Shown piece after piece: positions 20,084-31,788 of a stretch of 64,000 nt of DNA. Each line of letters opens with the position of its first letter. Position 1 is the first letter of the stretch. Source of the stretch: an uncultured delta proteobacterium. GTDB lineage: Bacteria > Myxococcota_A > Polyangia > Fen-1088. The stretch spans positions 32,001 through 96,000 of the forward strand of contig CAWCMR010000001.1 of the NCBI GenBank assembly GCA_963796685.1, in the 5' to 3' direction. The notes below the pieces were generated by a model that ran no database searches, was not told the DNA's origin, and saw nothing but the letters and a program-made list of their open reading frames with translations. Both the position numbers and the translations under genes were made by a program.

Positions 20084-20093
20084 CGCACCGGGC

Positions 20094-20831
20094 TCACCCG
20101 TAGTTCGAGTCCACGTTCGGCTCGCCCGCGACCTTGGCCTCGGCCATGTGGAAGTGACGGTGGAAGAGCGCGTGTCCCAAATAGATGAGCGGCGTGAGCA
20201 GGACTGCCATGATCAGCTTGCCCACGTAGTTGTCGGCAGCGTTGACCACGATGAAATGCAAGGAACGCCTGCCCACCAGGAACACGAAGCTGACCGAGAG
20301 ACTGTCGATGGCTTGCGAGATGACCGTCGAGCCCGTCGAGCGCAGCCACAGCAAGCGCTGCCCCGTCAAGCGACGTAGAATCCCGAAGATGGAGATATCG
20401 AGGAGCTGGCCGATCATGTAGGCGGTGAGCGAGGCGAAGTAGAGGCGCGCGGAGGTGCCAAAGGCGCTGCGAAAGACCGCGTCGGGGATGGGCGAATCGG
20501 GGACAGTCGGCAAGAGCAGGGCCAGGTTGATGGTCCCCCACACGAACAAGGCGGCCACCAACCCCGCATAGGTGAGCCGGCGCGCCCCTTCCTTGCCGTA
20601 GAACTCGTTCACCACGTCGGTCAGGACGAAGGTCAGGGGGAAGGGGATGATGCCGGCCGAGAAGGTGTATCCGGCAAAGGCGAAGAAGTTGCCGCCGATG
20701 AAGTCGCCCACGACCAAGGCCGCCACGAAGAGGGCCGTGAGAAAGACGAAGGCGCGTTGCTTGCGGTCCAAGGGAATTTCCGAAGAGCCAAGAACGCCCC
20801 GGCGCCCAAGACCAGCGGTACCGCCCAACAT
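20094..20831 (-). CDS. yhhQ: Queuosine precursor transporter (VUT/YhhQ family)
   Basis: FPLTFVLTDVVNEFYG, ASLTAYMIGQLLD and LWLRSTGSTVISQAID motifs; start uncertain. Confidence 0.85.
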   Translation of the reverse strand: MLGGTAGLGRRGVLGSSEIPLDRKQRAFVFLTALFVAALVVGDFIGGNFFAFAGYTFSAGIIPFPLTFVLTDVVNEFYGKEGARRLTYAGLVAALFVWGTINLALLLPTVPDSPIPDAVFRSAFGTSARLYFASLTAYMIGQLLDISIFGILRRLTGQRLLWLRSTGSTVISQAIDSLSVSFVFLVGRRSLHFIVVNAADNYVGKLIMAVLLTPLIYLGHALFHRHFHMAEAKVAGEPNVDSNYG

Positions 20832-20896
20832 CCTTGACGCGATAACCTTGTCTCGAAAATCGGACTCGCGCCAGCCGCTTTCGCGCGCCAACGCGA

Positions 20897-23800
20897 TCAG
20901 GGCTCGACCAGGGCCGCGTACTCTTCGGAGACCATGAAGGCCACCAGCTCGCGCATGGCCTGGGAGGCACGCATCTGCTCCTGCCTGTGCAGGACGGACG
21001 CGGGTTCCTCGCCGCCGCTGCCGTCCTTGAGCAGCCCGGCCAGGGCGCGTAGGGCGGCCAAGGGATGGCCGCACAGGAGCAGCCCCACCCGATCCGCGGT
21101 GTAACGGCAGCCGCGGATGTAGTCGTCGAGATCGGGCGGATTGGCCAGGGCGTGGCTCGCGTCGGCGATGAGCGCATCCTTGTGCTCGTCGACGGGAATG
21201 AGCGCCGCGATCTCCGGTTTGCGCAGACGCGTGAGCCAGAGCGCGGTGGCTTCGTCGGCGGTCTCCTCCGCGATCTCGAACGGCGTTCCCGGTGCGCCTG
21301 CCACGCGAAGCACGGCCCGCAACATCCCGCGCAGGTTGTCCGGCGACATGCGCAGAACGGCCAACGTCCCGGCGCGCGCTTGTTCCAGGGCGCGCGCGAC
21401 GAAGAAACGCAGATCCGGGGCGTTCAGGGTTTCGGCCTTTCGCCCGATGAGAATGCTCAAGGGTTGGGCGGCGGTGAAGGTCACGTCCACGCCATGCCCC
21501 TGGGCCACGATGGGAATCGGGGGTGCGCCCAGTCGGCCGCGCAGGTCCTCGCAAAGAGCGACCGTCTCGGGCAGAAGCGGCACCGCCGGCTCGTCGTACG
21601 AGGCAGGCCCGGCGCTGGCCAAGGCGCGCGCCAGGTGGTGCAGGATCTTGCGCAGAGGTCCCCGGCAAAGCGTGTGCACGGCGCTGTCGGGCGCGGCTGC
21701 CTCCGGCCGTGGTGTCGTCGCCTCGCCCAGCTCCGCCAGGCGCTTGTCCGCGCCGAGACCCGGGTCGATGAAATGGACCAGGCAGTAGGCGCATCGAGCG
21801 GGGCCCGCGTGGCCTCGGACTTCGAGAATACGCCCCAGCACCATGGCCATTCCAACGTCGCCGGGATCGTTGGCGAGACCGCGCTCGGCAGCGGCCACCA
21901 GCTCGGCCTCGAAGCCGGCCGGCATGGCCCCGCGCAAGAGCGTCAGCACGGCGTCGAGTGCGCCGAGATCGCCGCGCACGACCCTGGATACGAGCTCGCC
22001 CAGGCGCTTGATCGCCAGCTCGGCGTGAAGGGGTGCGCCCAGAAGCGCGGAGCCGAGGGCCGCCTGCGCCAGCTCCTCGTCGTGGCGCGCGAGCAAAGCC
22101 GCGATGGCGACGAGCAAGCCGAGATCGTCCTGCTCGGCCTTGGGAATGGGCGCCGCCTGGACCAGATCCGCGCCCACATCGGCCAGATTGGGCAGCTCCG
22201 CGCGCGCCCAGTAGTAGGTCACCAGGCGCCCCAGGGTGGGCGCGTAGGTCGGGTCGAGATCGGAGGCGCGCAGATAGGCCTCGTTGGCGCCCTCCACGTC
22301 GACCAGGGCGGTGCGCAGGATCTCGCCCTTGCGGAACAGCGCCTCGGCCTTCTTCGCAGGATCGGTCTGGACGCGCGACAGACGCTCGCACATCGCCGCG
22401 GCATCGCGGTGCAACCCGAGCCGCCCGAACGTGGTGGCCATGAGCTCGAGGGTCGAAGCGCGATCCGGCTCGCTGGCCAGGGCAAGCGCGAGGTTCTGTC
22501 GCGCCGCCTGCAGATCGCCGAGCCCCAGATAGACTTGGCCAAGACGCTGGCGAATCTGCGTGAGTCTGTCGATGGACTCCTTGGGCACGAGCCGCACGAC
22601 CTCTTGCAGGTGCAAGGCCGCCTCGGCCAGATCCCCGCGCAGAAGCGCGAATCCCGCCAGCGCCTCGCGCGCACCATCGTGCTGCGGATCGAGCGCCACG
22701 ACCTCACGGTAGGCCGCCTCGGCCTCGACGTGGTCGCCGAACATCTCGGCCAACTCGGCCCGTCGATAGCACAGGGTGTGCGCCGACAACGCGGCCTCGG
22801 CCCCCGGAATCTGCGCCAGCCGCGTGTAGGCCTGGCGTGCGCGATCCCACTCCTGCGCTCGGTAGGCCAGGTCGGCCACGAGCGCCAGCGCGGAGGCGGA
22901 ACCGGGATTCATCGACAGGGCTTCCTCCAGCTCGCTCTGCGCCTGCAGGATCTCCCCGCGCGCGAGCAGCAGGCGTGCATGGACCACCAGCTGATCCACG
23001 CGCGAGCGCGGCGATCGATCGAGCTCGGCGGCCTTGTCCAGCAGCTGCTCGGCCGCTTGCAGGTCGCCCTCGCGCTCGGCGGCTTCGGACAGCGCCACCT
23101 GCAGGCGTGCGCGGTACACATCCGGCAGCGCCGGAACCTCGGCCAGCAAGGCCTGCCGGGCACGGTTGCGCGCCGCCACGTCGTTGAGCCGTCCATAGGC
23201 CTCGAAGAGGGCCTTGGCCACGATGAGGTTGTCGGGGACTTCCGTCCGAAGCTCTTCGAGAACGGTGATGGCGGCGTCCTTGGCGGCCGCAGGCTGCGAC
23301 ACCACCTCGGTCAGCCGCTTGATCAGCGCCGGACGAGTTTCGTCCGTGGCTCGCCTGCGCAGATGTTGCAGGCACAGCACCGCATCGACAATCTCCCCCG
23401 CCTTCTCGGCGAGCTCTGCGCGCAGGCTCAAGGCCTCGTCATCCAAGCTCTCGACCGCCTGGGTTTGCAGCATGGCCAGGGCCGGCCGCGAGCCGTCGAG
23501 CTGGGCCAGGCACGAACGGGCGCAAGCGAGAAGCAAGGAGGAGGCCTCTGCCTCGGCGGTCACGGCCAGCCGCTGCGCCAGGATCGTGGCCGCACCCGTG
23601 AAGTCCCCCTGCTCGATGAGCAGGGCATGCAACGCGTCCAGCAACACCGGCGCGGTGGGTGCCCTGTCGAGCAGCCGGCGCAAGATGGCCTCGGCTCGAG
23701 CCCGGCCCCCGGGCGCACGCGCGAGCAGGGCCGCCAGATCCATCCCCACTGCCACGACATCGACAGCGCCGCGCCCGGGGAATCCTTCCCGCTCCACCAC

Positions 23801-26294
23801 GGCCCACAGCCTTTCGAGCCACTGCAGAAGCTCGTCCTTGCGCGATTGCCGCTTGCAGAGGGAGGCCATGCGGTCGAGCAGCTCGACATCGTCCGGCGCG
23901 TCCGCGAGAAGGTCGCGATAAATCGCCTCGGCCTCCGCCAGATCGCCCTTGCGCTCGGCAGCCACGGCCAGGGAGCGTCTGACCAAGCGGCGATCTTGCT
24001 GGCCGGTCAGACGCGACTCCCGCGCCAACAGCAGCTCGTGCAGCTTTTCCTCGAGACCGAGGGCGTGCAGGGTTTCGACCAGAACTTCGATGCGCGCGCC
24101 CAGGGGCTCGTGCGCGAGGCCTTGCGCCAAGTGCTGCTCGGCCTCTTCCCGCGCCCCTTCGGCGAATGCCAACTCGGCCGTGCGCAGGTGGGCCTCGGCC
24201 AACCTGGACACCGACAGGGTCTTGGCCGAGGTCGAGCTTCGGTAGCCCATGCCGGCCTCCACGCGCTCGCCGGCGTCCCAACCGATGCGTGCCAGGTGGA
24301 AGACCGCCTCCTCGTCCGAGGGCGAGAGATCGAGCAGGACGTTGCACGCTTCCTTCGCGTCCGCCCGCAAATGGGGAACCTCAATCAGCAGCCGGACCAG
24401 CGCGCGCAAGACCGGCTTGCCCTGGTCGGGCCTCGTCTCGCACAGGCGCCTGCGCAGGACCTCGATGGCTCCCTCGAGATAGCCCGTCTCGCCGGCCAGG
24501 CGCTCGAAGCTCGGCCAAGACGTCCTCGCTGGCGGGCGCCAGCCCCAGCGCGGTTTCTAGGAGGGATGCCGCCTGGGCCGGCGCGTGCAGGTCCTGCCAA
24601 GTGATCTGCGCCGCGGCGACCAAGTGGTGAATCTTCTCGGCCGCGCTCTCGGGAACGCGCGCGTCCCCGGCCCATCCCGCCAGGGCCTGGGCCACGCCCG
24701 CGGGGTGGCCGCGCCGATGCAGCAACTCCACCAGGGCCTGCCAGGCGGCGGCAGCCGTGGTGCCGCTGGCATCGCCTTCGATGCAGGCCGCAAACCAGCG
24801 CGAGGCCGACGCGTCGTCGCCCAGGCTCAGGCGCACGAGCCCCATCTGGTAGGCCGCCTCGGCCCGCGACAGCACAGTCTCGGGCCACGCGTCGCGCAGA
24901 AGAATGGATTCCAGCGACGCGGCGGCCTGAGCCACCAGCGACGTATCCTTGGCCAGCCCGCCCTGACGAACGAGCTCCATCACCTGAGCCACCTCGTCGA
25001 GGACATCCGGCTCGGCAAGCGAGGACTCTTCGCCGATGCTGGTCAGGATTTCCTGCCAGCGCCCCTCCACCGCCTGCTTCATGACCTTGGCTCGGGCCAC
25101 GGGACGCAGGGACGAACGGGCGACCAGGCCGCGTTCGAGCGTGGCCAAGGCCCGCTGCGATTGTCCGGAGGCGGCCCACTGGCGAGCCGCCGCGACGAGC
25201 GCGCAGCTCTCGTCTTCGCCTCTACCCTTGGCCGCCGAAAGTTGCGCCACCTGCTCGAACAGCGCCGCGGCCGCGTCCGGCTGATTCCGCGTCGAAGCCA
25301 CCACCGCCAGCGCCAGCAGACCCGGGACGAATTCGGGCCAACGCGAAAGCGCCGCCTGCGCGAGCTCTGCCGCCTGGGCGACGGTGTTTTGACCGGCGAG
25401 CAGAAGTTGCAGCAGACGGGCCGTGCCAACCCGGTCGTCCGAGTCGAGCGGCGCCAGCGCAAGCAGCTGTTCGAGCGCGGTCGCGATGTCCCCGCGAGCG
25501 AGGGCGTTTTCGACGGGCGCGCAGCGGGCGGCAAACTCCCGCATCGGGTAGGCGTCGGGACTGGCATCCTCGCCCAGCAACAGATCCGCGGGGGCATCCG
25601 GATCGGCCAGCGAAAACACCAGCGGTACGTGCGTGGCCTTGGCGGCGCCTCCCGCGACACGAATTTGTACGTGGGCCCGCTCGGGAAGCCGCCACCCGTG
25701 CATGGGCAGGATGGCGAGCATGGCCAGCTCGCACACGTCGATGCGAATGTCCGAAGCGCTGCGAATGTGCAAGAGCGGCGGCAAGACCGGGTCGGGGTCG
25801 AGATTGGCGGGCGATTCGGCGCCAAGGGCGGAAAAGAGCGCGGTCACGACCAAGGGCGCGGGGATGGGGAGAAATCCGTAGCAGCAAACGTCGTAGACGC
25901 AAAGCCCGGCGCCGCGCGGCGGCTGCGGCGACACCAGGGCGGTGGCGGTAATTTCGCTCTCGTGCCCCCCGAGCACGACGCGCGCGCACACGGTCAGCCG
26001 GGAGCCCGATACGGTCACGTGGGGATCGTGGATGCCGAACTCCGCCAGGGGCGCCCGGGCCAGAAAGCCGGTCAGCTCGCGGCTGCCCACGAAGAGCGCC
26101 AGCTCGCGCAGGCGCAGCCGACGATTCTTGAAGCGGGCCACCCCGCCCGACAGATCGAAGGGAAAGCGAAGATTCGGGATCTCGAGCTCGAGAGAATCGA
26201 CCCGGCCCAGCCCCTCGAAGTCGCGCCCGGCCAGGCTCAGGAGTCCACGCCCTTGCACGAATGTGAGTCGAAACGCGCCTTCGCTTTCAACCAT
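20897..26294 (-). CDS. Giant TPR-repeat protein (about 1,800 aa) split by a frameshift near 24507
   Basis: ORFs 24381-26342 and 20897-24409 join (AEL-ERLAGETGY) if one base at 24507-24508 is removed; many TPR-like helices. Confidence 0.75.
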
Positions 26295-26949
26295 GGTCTG
26301 CCTGCCTGGGCTGATTGTAGAACAACCGCGCGCGGCGGCCACGGAAGTATGCGAGGAGCAGGATGCTGAACACCAGGCCGATGCCGGTGACGACTAGGGG
26401 CACGCCGACGAGAAACAGCTGCACCTGCTCCCCGACCGAGAGGACCGCCGGCACCGCGCGTCCGGCACGGGCGGCATCCTGCGCGAAGGCCTCGGTCAGG
26501 GTGGGCAAAAGCCAAGGCAGCATCGGGCGCACCACCAGCAGGACGAACACGGCATTGCCAAGGCAAACCATGATACCGGCCCAGGCGGCCAGCGAGGACA
26601 CGCGCCGACCACGAGGGTCGCCCGAGAAGACGGCCGCAACCGCGAACAAGTAGAGGAGCCCAAGCGCGAGCCGAGCCATCGCGTGAATCGCCAGGGAGAT
26701 GGGCCGGTGGCGAGCTAGGGCGTTGCCGAGCACGATCTGCCCGCGCAGCAGCGCCTCCTGCTGGGCATCGAGGCCGCTGTCCAGGCGCAGAACCTCCGGC
26801 TTGCCGCTGACCAGCCGGTGGAGATCGGTCACGCTGCTGAAGAACATGCGCCCGCCCAGGAGCAACATGATCACGGTCAGGAACGTCATCATGCGCGGCC
26901 GACGCCGCCGACCCTCCGGCACGTCCCGTTCGTCACGGCCGAAGGTCAT
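26287..26949 (-). CDS. Hypothetical membrane protein (about 4 TM)
   Basis: Hydrophobic segments; lies tightly between ppiD and the TPR gene, overlapping the latter. Confidence 0.7.
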   Translation of the reverse strand: MTFGRDERDVPEGRRRRPRMMTFLTVIMLLLGGRMFFSSVTDLHRLVSGKPEVLRLDSGLDAQQEALLRGQIVLGNALARHRPISLAIHAMARLALGLLYLFAVAAVFSGDPRGRRVSSLAAWAGIMVCLGNAVFVLLVVRPMLPWLLPTLTEAFAQDAARAGRAVPAVLSVGEQVQLFLVGVPLVVTGIGLVFSILLLAYFRGRRARLFYNQPRQADHG

Positions 26950-26955
26950 GGACGC

Positions 26956-28632
26956 TTAGAACATCTGAGGGGGCGAGCACGGCACGTATTGGACCGCGCC
27001 TTCCGGGCCACCCTCGTAGCGTAGGAGGTCCACGTTCACCTCGATCTGCTTGGCGTCGCGCGCCTCGCGGCAGCGCTCCAGCGACCACTCCATGACGACC
27101 GCGCCTGACTTGCGCTTGGCCGCGTCCTCGATGAGGCCGACCTTGTTCTTGTCGAACTCGGACACGTCGGGCTCCTTGCGTTCCTTCAGCTTCACGATCA
27201 TGAAACTGCCCAGCTCCTCGACGGGGCCGGCAACCGGGGCTTCCTTGGTGAGCGCGAAGATGGCCTTGGCCAAAATCGGCGCCTTGCCGATGGCCGCGAC
27301 GGTCGAGCCATGGCGCGAAAATAGCCCGGTTTCCTCGGCTGCCACCTTGTTCTTGGCGACGCTGGACGATCCACCCTCGCCGCCTTCGCCACCTTCGCCC
27401 TCCTCCGGGGCCGGGAAGAGCTCCTTCAAGCTCTTGTCGGGCGAGGCCTTGATCTTGGCCAGGGCGGCGTCCGCCTCGGCCTTGGCCATGGCCCTGCTCT
27501 TCTCCTCGCGCAGCATGCTCTCGGCGAGCTCCAGCTTGGCCGCATCGAAAGAGATGGTGCCCTCGCGCGTGCCTTGGACGAGCACCAGGACGAAGCCGCT
27601 GGCGGTCTTCACCGGTCCCACCACTTCGCCGTCCTTGGCCGCCGTCACCTTGGCGTCCACGTCGGGATCGAGCATGGTGCCGCCCACGCGCTGCCAGCCG
27701 AGATCCCCGCCGCGCGCCTTGGTACGTTCGTCCTCGGACGCGGCCTTGGCGACCTTGGCGAACGGCTCGCCTTTGCGAATGCGCGCGGCCAGCGCACTCG
27801 CCTTCGCTTGCGCGGCCGTCCACTCGGCCGGCGTGGCGTCGGCCTTGACCTTGATCAGAATCTGACGCAGGTGGCGTTGCTTTGGTTGATTCTCATACAG
27901 CGCGGCCTTGCGCTCGTCGTAGAGCTTCTTGAGCGCGTCCAGGTTGGCCGCCGCGTATTTCGCCACGTCATCGGGCTTCAACTCGATCTCGGTTTCGTAG
28001 CGACGAATCGGGAACCGCAGGTACTCCACGTTCACCTGATCCGCCTGCTCCATCCAATCCTCCTTGACCTCGACGGGCGACACCGCGACCCCGGCGCGCA
28101 AGCTGTCGCGCATGAGGTTTGCCAGCATCTCGCGGCGCTGCTGCTCGATGAACGCGCGCGGGGTCATGCCGAGCTGGAATTGCACGAACTTGCGAAAAGC
28201 ATCGTGCGAGAAGACGCCGTCCTGCTCGAAAACCGGCGCATTCTGCACGCGACCGAGGCCGATCAACTTGGACTCGGCGATGAAGTCCTCGACCTGCTCG
28301 TCGGTGACACGGAATCCGGCACGCTGGGCCGCGATGGCCATGAGCTCGCGGTCGATGAGCATGTCCATGATCGTCTCATGCAGGCGCATCATCTTCGCCC
28401 GCTGCGGAGGGATGTTCTGCGCGCCGACCATCATCATCGCGTACAGGTAGTCCTGCCGGGTCAAAAGATGCCCCTCCACGCGCGCACCCTCGATGTTGCT
28501 CTGGGTGCCCCGACCGCGATTGCATCCACCCGGAGACTGGGGGCCGAAGTTGATGATGAAGACTGCGATTACGATGCCAAACAGCACGTAGATTAGCAGC
28601 GACCGTGACTGTTGACGCATCTGCTCGAGCAT
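26956..28632 (-). CDS. ppiD: PpiD/SurA-type peptidyl-prolyl isomerase chaperone
   Basis: MLEQMR plus TM anchor, SurA N-terminal domain, parvulin motif ILIK...GGDLGW...GPVKT. Confidence 0.85.
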   Translation of the reverse strand: MLEQMRQQSRSLLIYVLFGIVIAVFIINFGPQSPGGCNRGRGTQSNIEGARVEGHLLTRQDYLYAMMMVGAQNIPPQRAKMMRLHETIMDMLIDRELMAIAAQRAGFRVTDEQVEDFIAESKLIGLGRVQNAPVFEQDGVFSHDAFRKFVQFQLGMTPRAFIEQQRREMLANLMRDSLRAGVAVSPVEVKEDWMEQADQVNVEYLRFPIRRYETEIELKPDDVAKYAAANLDALKKLYDERKAALYENQPKQRHLRQILIKVKADATPAEWTAAQAKASALAARIRKGEPFAKVAKAASEDERTKARGGDLGWQRVGGTMLDPDVDAKVTAAKDGEVVGPVKTASGFVLVLVQGTREGTISFDAAKLELAESMLREEKSRAMAKAEADAALAKIKASPDKSLKELFPAPEEGEGGEGGEGGSSSVAKNKVAAEETGLFSRHGSTVAAIGKAPILAKAIFALTKEAPVAGPVEELGSFMIVKLKERKEPDVSEFDKNKVGLIEDAAKRKSGAVVMEWSLERCREARDAKQIEVNVDLLRYEGGPEGAVQYVPCSPPQMF

Positions 28633-28724
28633 GGAACAAGGCCCTCCGTTTGCGGTTCTTTCCTAAAGGTGCGGCAATCTAGCACGGACTTCCCGGGAAG
28701 CGGAGCGGGGAAAAAGGCAGGGCC

Positions 28725-29513
28725 TTACCGCGCCGCCAGCAGCGCGCGCACCACCTCGGCGAAGCCGAGCGCGGACTCGGACCGGGTGACGAAGGCGGGG
28801 CGATCCTCGCCCAGCTCGGCCAAGAAGCGATGGACGTTGCGCACGCCCACGCTGGTGCGGCGAAGGCGGGCGAACAGGGAGCGATCGTTGCTGCTGTCGC
28901 CGACGAAAAGGATACTCTCGTCAGGCGTGGCGCAGGCCTGGGCGTCGATGGGCAAGAGCGCGGCCATCAGCCCTTCGGCCTTGCCCCAGCCCGACGGGCG
29001 CACGTGAATGTGGATCGAGCTGGCCATCACCTCGAAGCCCGGATCGACCAGCATCTGGCTGGCCGCGAGCGCCGTGGCGTCGAAGCTCGCCGGCCGCAAA
29101 AAGGCGCGCTCGAACAGACGGAAGGCATCGTCGGGCGTGACGTCGAGAGCATGGGCCGTGCGCACGCACGCGGCATTTTCGGCCAACCGGGCGAAAAAGT
29201 CCTGCCCCCGCTCCGGCCCCAGATCCCTTCGCAGACCGCCCCCCTCGAAGGCCACCAAACCATTCTCCGCCACGGCGACGGCCACGCCGGGCAGGTATCC
29301 GGCCAAAGCCTGCGCCCATCCCGCCGGACGTCCCGTGACCAGGGCGATCACGATGCCGGCTTTCTCCAGCGCTTCGAAACCCGCGACCGTGCTCGCCGGG
29401 ATCTTTCCCGCTGTCGTGATGGTGTCATCCACGTCGGCGGCCAGCACGCGAACGCCGGCCAACGTGGAGTTGGTCAGGTTCGAAAAGGGCTGCATGCCGG
29501 AATCTCTGCGCAC
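28725..29513 (-). CDS. HAD-superfamily hydrolase, class IIB
   Basis: DVDDT, VTGR, K and VGDSSND motifs. Confidence 0.85.
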   Translation of the reverse strand: MRRDSGMQPFSNLTNSTLAGVRVLAADVDDTITTAGKIPASTVAGFEALEKAGIVIALVTGRPAGWAQALAGYLPGVAVAVAENGLVAFEGGGLRRDLGPERGQDFFARLAENAACVRTAHALDVTPDDAFRLFERAFLRPASFDATALAASQMLVDPGFEVMASSIHIHVRPSGWGKAEGLMAALLPIDAQACATPDESILFVGDSSNDRSLFARLRRTSVGVRNVHRFLAELGEDRPAFVTRSESALGFAEVVRALLAAR

Positions 29514-29570
29514 ACGTGTACCTTGCCAAGAAGGCGTGATGGACAGCCAGGCCGGGATCGGCTGATGGCG

Positions 29571-29780
29571 CTACAGCTCGAAGCCGTAGGGCTTCTTGGC
29601 GTCTTTGTCTTTCTTCTTCGGCTTGCTCCCGTCATGCTGTTTCTTGGCCCGTTTTCTTCGGCAATCGGTACCGTGCGAAGACGCTTGAACCGTTCCAGCT
29701 TCGGCAGCCTCGGAGACCGAGAAGGCGAGCGGGACGAGAAATGAAAGAACGAGAGTGAGGAGTACTACGATTCGGCGCAT
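29571..29780 (-). CDS. Small secreted Lys/Arg-rich protein
   Basis: Signal-peptide-like N-terminus and a highly basic mature part; 69 aa. Confidence 0.55.
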   Translation of the reverse strand: MRRIVVLLTLVLSFLVPLAFSVSEAAEAGTVQASSHGTDCRRKRAKKQHDGSKPKKKDKDAKKPYGFEL

Positions 29781-29876
29781 GTGTGGATTTCAGTCTAGCC
29801 GAAAAAGCGGAGGCGCCTAGGCCAAAAGAGGACGGTAGACGCCCCTCCTTCTGCACGCCCTCCAAGGGCCAGCAGG

Positions 29877-31692
29877 CTATTTTTCTGGGGCGCCGGGCGG
29901 CCCCATCATGCCCTGTACGACCTTGGCCACGTTCTCCAAGCTGCCAATGGGGATGCGGAGCTCACCCACGAGCGAGCCCCCGCCGCGTATCGCGAAGACG
30001 AAAGGCGCGGTCATGTCGGCGACGCCGGGCAGCGCACCCGCCACCATCGCCATCTCCTTGCCCGGCAGACCCTTGCCCTGCCCAAGCACGCGCAGCATGA
30101 ACGAGATCACGTCCACCGAGGCCATCATCTCGTCGCCCTCGGTGCGCTCCAAGGTCGCGGCCAGCAGGGGAGCGCCGGTAGGAGAGCCACCTTTCCCGTA
30201 ACGGGCGATCGCCTTCCGCGCGTCGCGCCCCGTGACCATCAAGAGCCGACCATCCTTGACCGTGAGGGCATAGTTGAGGATGTCCCCACCGGCCACAGCC
30301 TTGGCCAGGGCCCGAGCCATGGGCTCCTTGTTCTCGATCTTCTTTTCGATTTCGACGAGGTCGCGCGCGCGCTTGATCTTGAGCGGGCTCGCCTTGCGAC
30401 CATCGAGCTCCGCCTCCCAGGCCTGCTGCGCGTTGACCATGGCGACCGCCGCATCGAGTGCGGCCTTGTTGCTCGTGCCCGGCTTGAGCGCCGAGCTGCA
30501 CAAGGAGGACAGGCCGGCCTCGTCGAAGTCCATCACACATGACCACCCGGACGTCACGTCGAGCATCTTGCTCGTGCTCTTCGACATGGCCCTGCCGGCC
30601 GGCCCGGTGGCCTCGAGCACCTTGGCCAGCAAGGGCATCCACGAACCCCATTCCCCGGTCGAGAAAACCGCGGTGCCGTCGTTCTTCACCGGCAATCGGG
30701 TATCGAACGCATAGGGCGTCCTGTGCGCCATGCGCGCGGCAAAGTCGGTCCCCGCCAGGGGAACGAGCTCGGCCTGGATCGTCAGCCCGGTGCCCGGGCC
30801 GACATCGAAGATGAGATTCGCTGCCGAGGATTCCATCACGAGCTTGGTGGCCGCCTCGGTCATGGCGACGATCATGCGCTGAACCGCGGGTGCGGTCTTG
30901 CCCGGAGCGGCCTGCACCTCGCTGGCAATCATGGACGCCACGTGGGTCACGAGGGCGTCGGGCGTCTTGCCGATGGCCGCCGCGAGGGCCTGCGGCAGCA
31001 CGGTCAAGACCGCCTGCCCCTTGGCGGGCGGCACCTGCGCGGACTCGGCCAAGGCACCGGCGAACAAGAGCGCCTCGGCGGAATCCGGAGACAAACAGCG
31101 TACGGCCCCTGATGCCGCCCCAAATCTTGTCGCCGCTTCCCGAGATGTGCTCCGCGATACCGCCTTGCTGCTGGCCGAGCGTGCCCATCTCGTCGAGCGT
31201 CCGCTTGGCCGAGGCGCGATCCCGGAAGGTGATCGCCGCGCAGTACCCCTTGGCCTCGGACTTGGGCGGAAGAACCCACACCACGGCGATGGGCGCGACG
31301 GGATCCACGCGATCCCAGAGCTGACGGAAATGGGCATTGTCCCCCGCGATACCCAAGCTACCGAGGGACGAGAGCATCTCGTGCCCGAGCCGCATGGGCA
31401 GGTTCAGCCGTCGCGACAGCGCATCGAGATCGCCGACCAACCGATCCGGCGCTACCGTCACCAGGCTGCCGACCATCGCGGACTTCGCCACGACGGGAGC
31501 CGAGAACTGGGGCTCGACTTCGATCGCGGCGGCGGGCGGGGCCGCGACGGGCTGCGCTGGCGTGGCCAGGGTCGCGGCCGGGACGGCCGGGGCCGCCGTT
31601 CGGCACCCCCCCAAGGTGACAAGGACAAGGCCGAGGGCGGCAGCCGGGGCCAGTTGAGCCAGAGGGTGACGGGTCGGGGTTCGCATGGTCAT
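29877..31692 (-). CDS. Hypothetical lipoprotein, frameshifted near 31085
   Basis: Lipobox LGG|C; frames join TLFVS-DSAEALLF if one base at 31085-31086 is removed. Confidence 0.65.
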
Positions 31693-31788
31693 GGTTGGAC
31701 GAGCACGATACGACCGATCGCGCCCGCTTCCAAGCGCGCAGGTTCCTCGACCGCGACGCGAGCAAACGGGCTATACTGCCGGGCACTC

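Noticed and set aside
20832-20896. preQ1 riboswitch upstream of the queuosine precursor transporter
   Set aside because: No recognisable preQ1 stem-loop with A-rich tail; the gap is short and GC-rich.
24500-24515. Programmed ribosomal frameshifting at the split genes
   Set aside because: No slippery sequence or stimulatory structure; assembly error is simpler.
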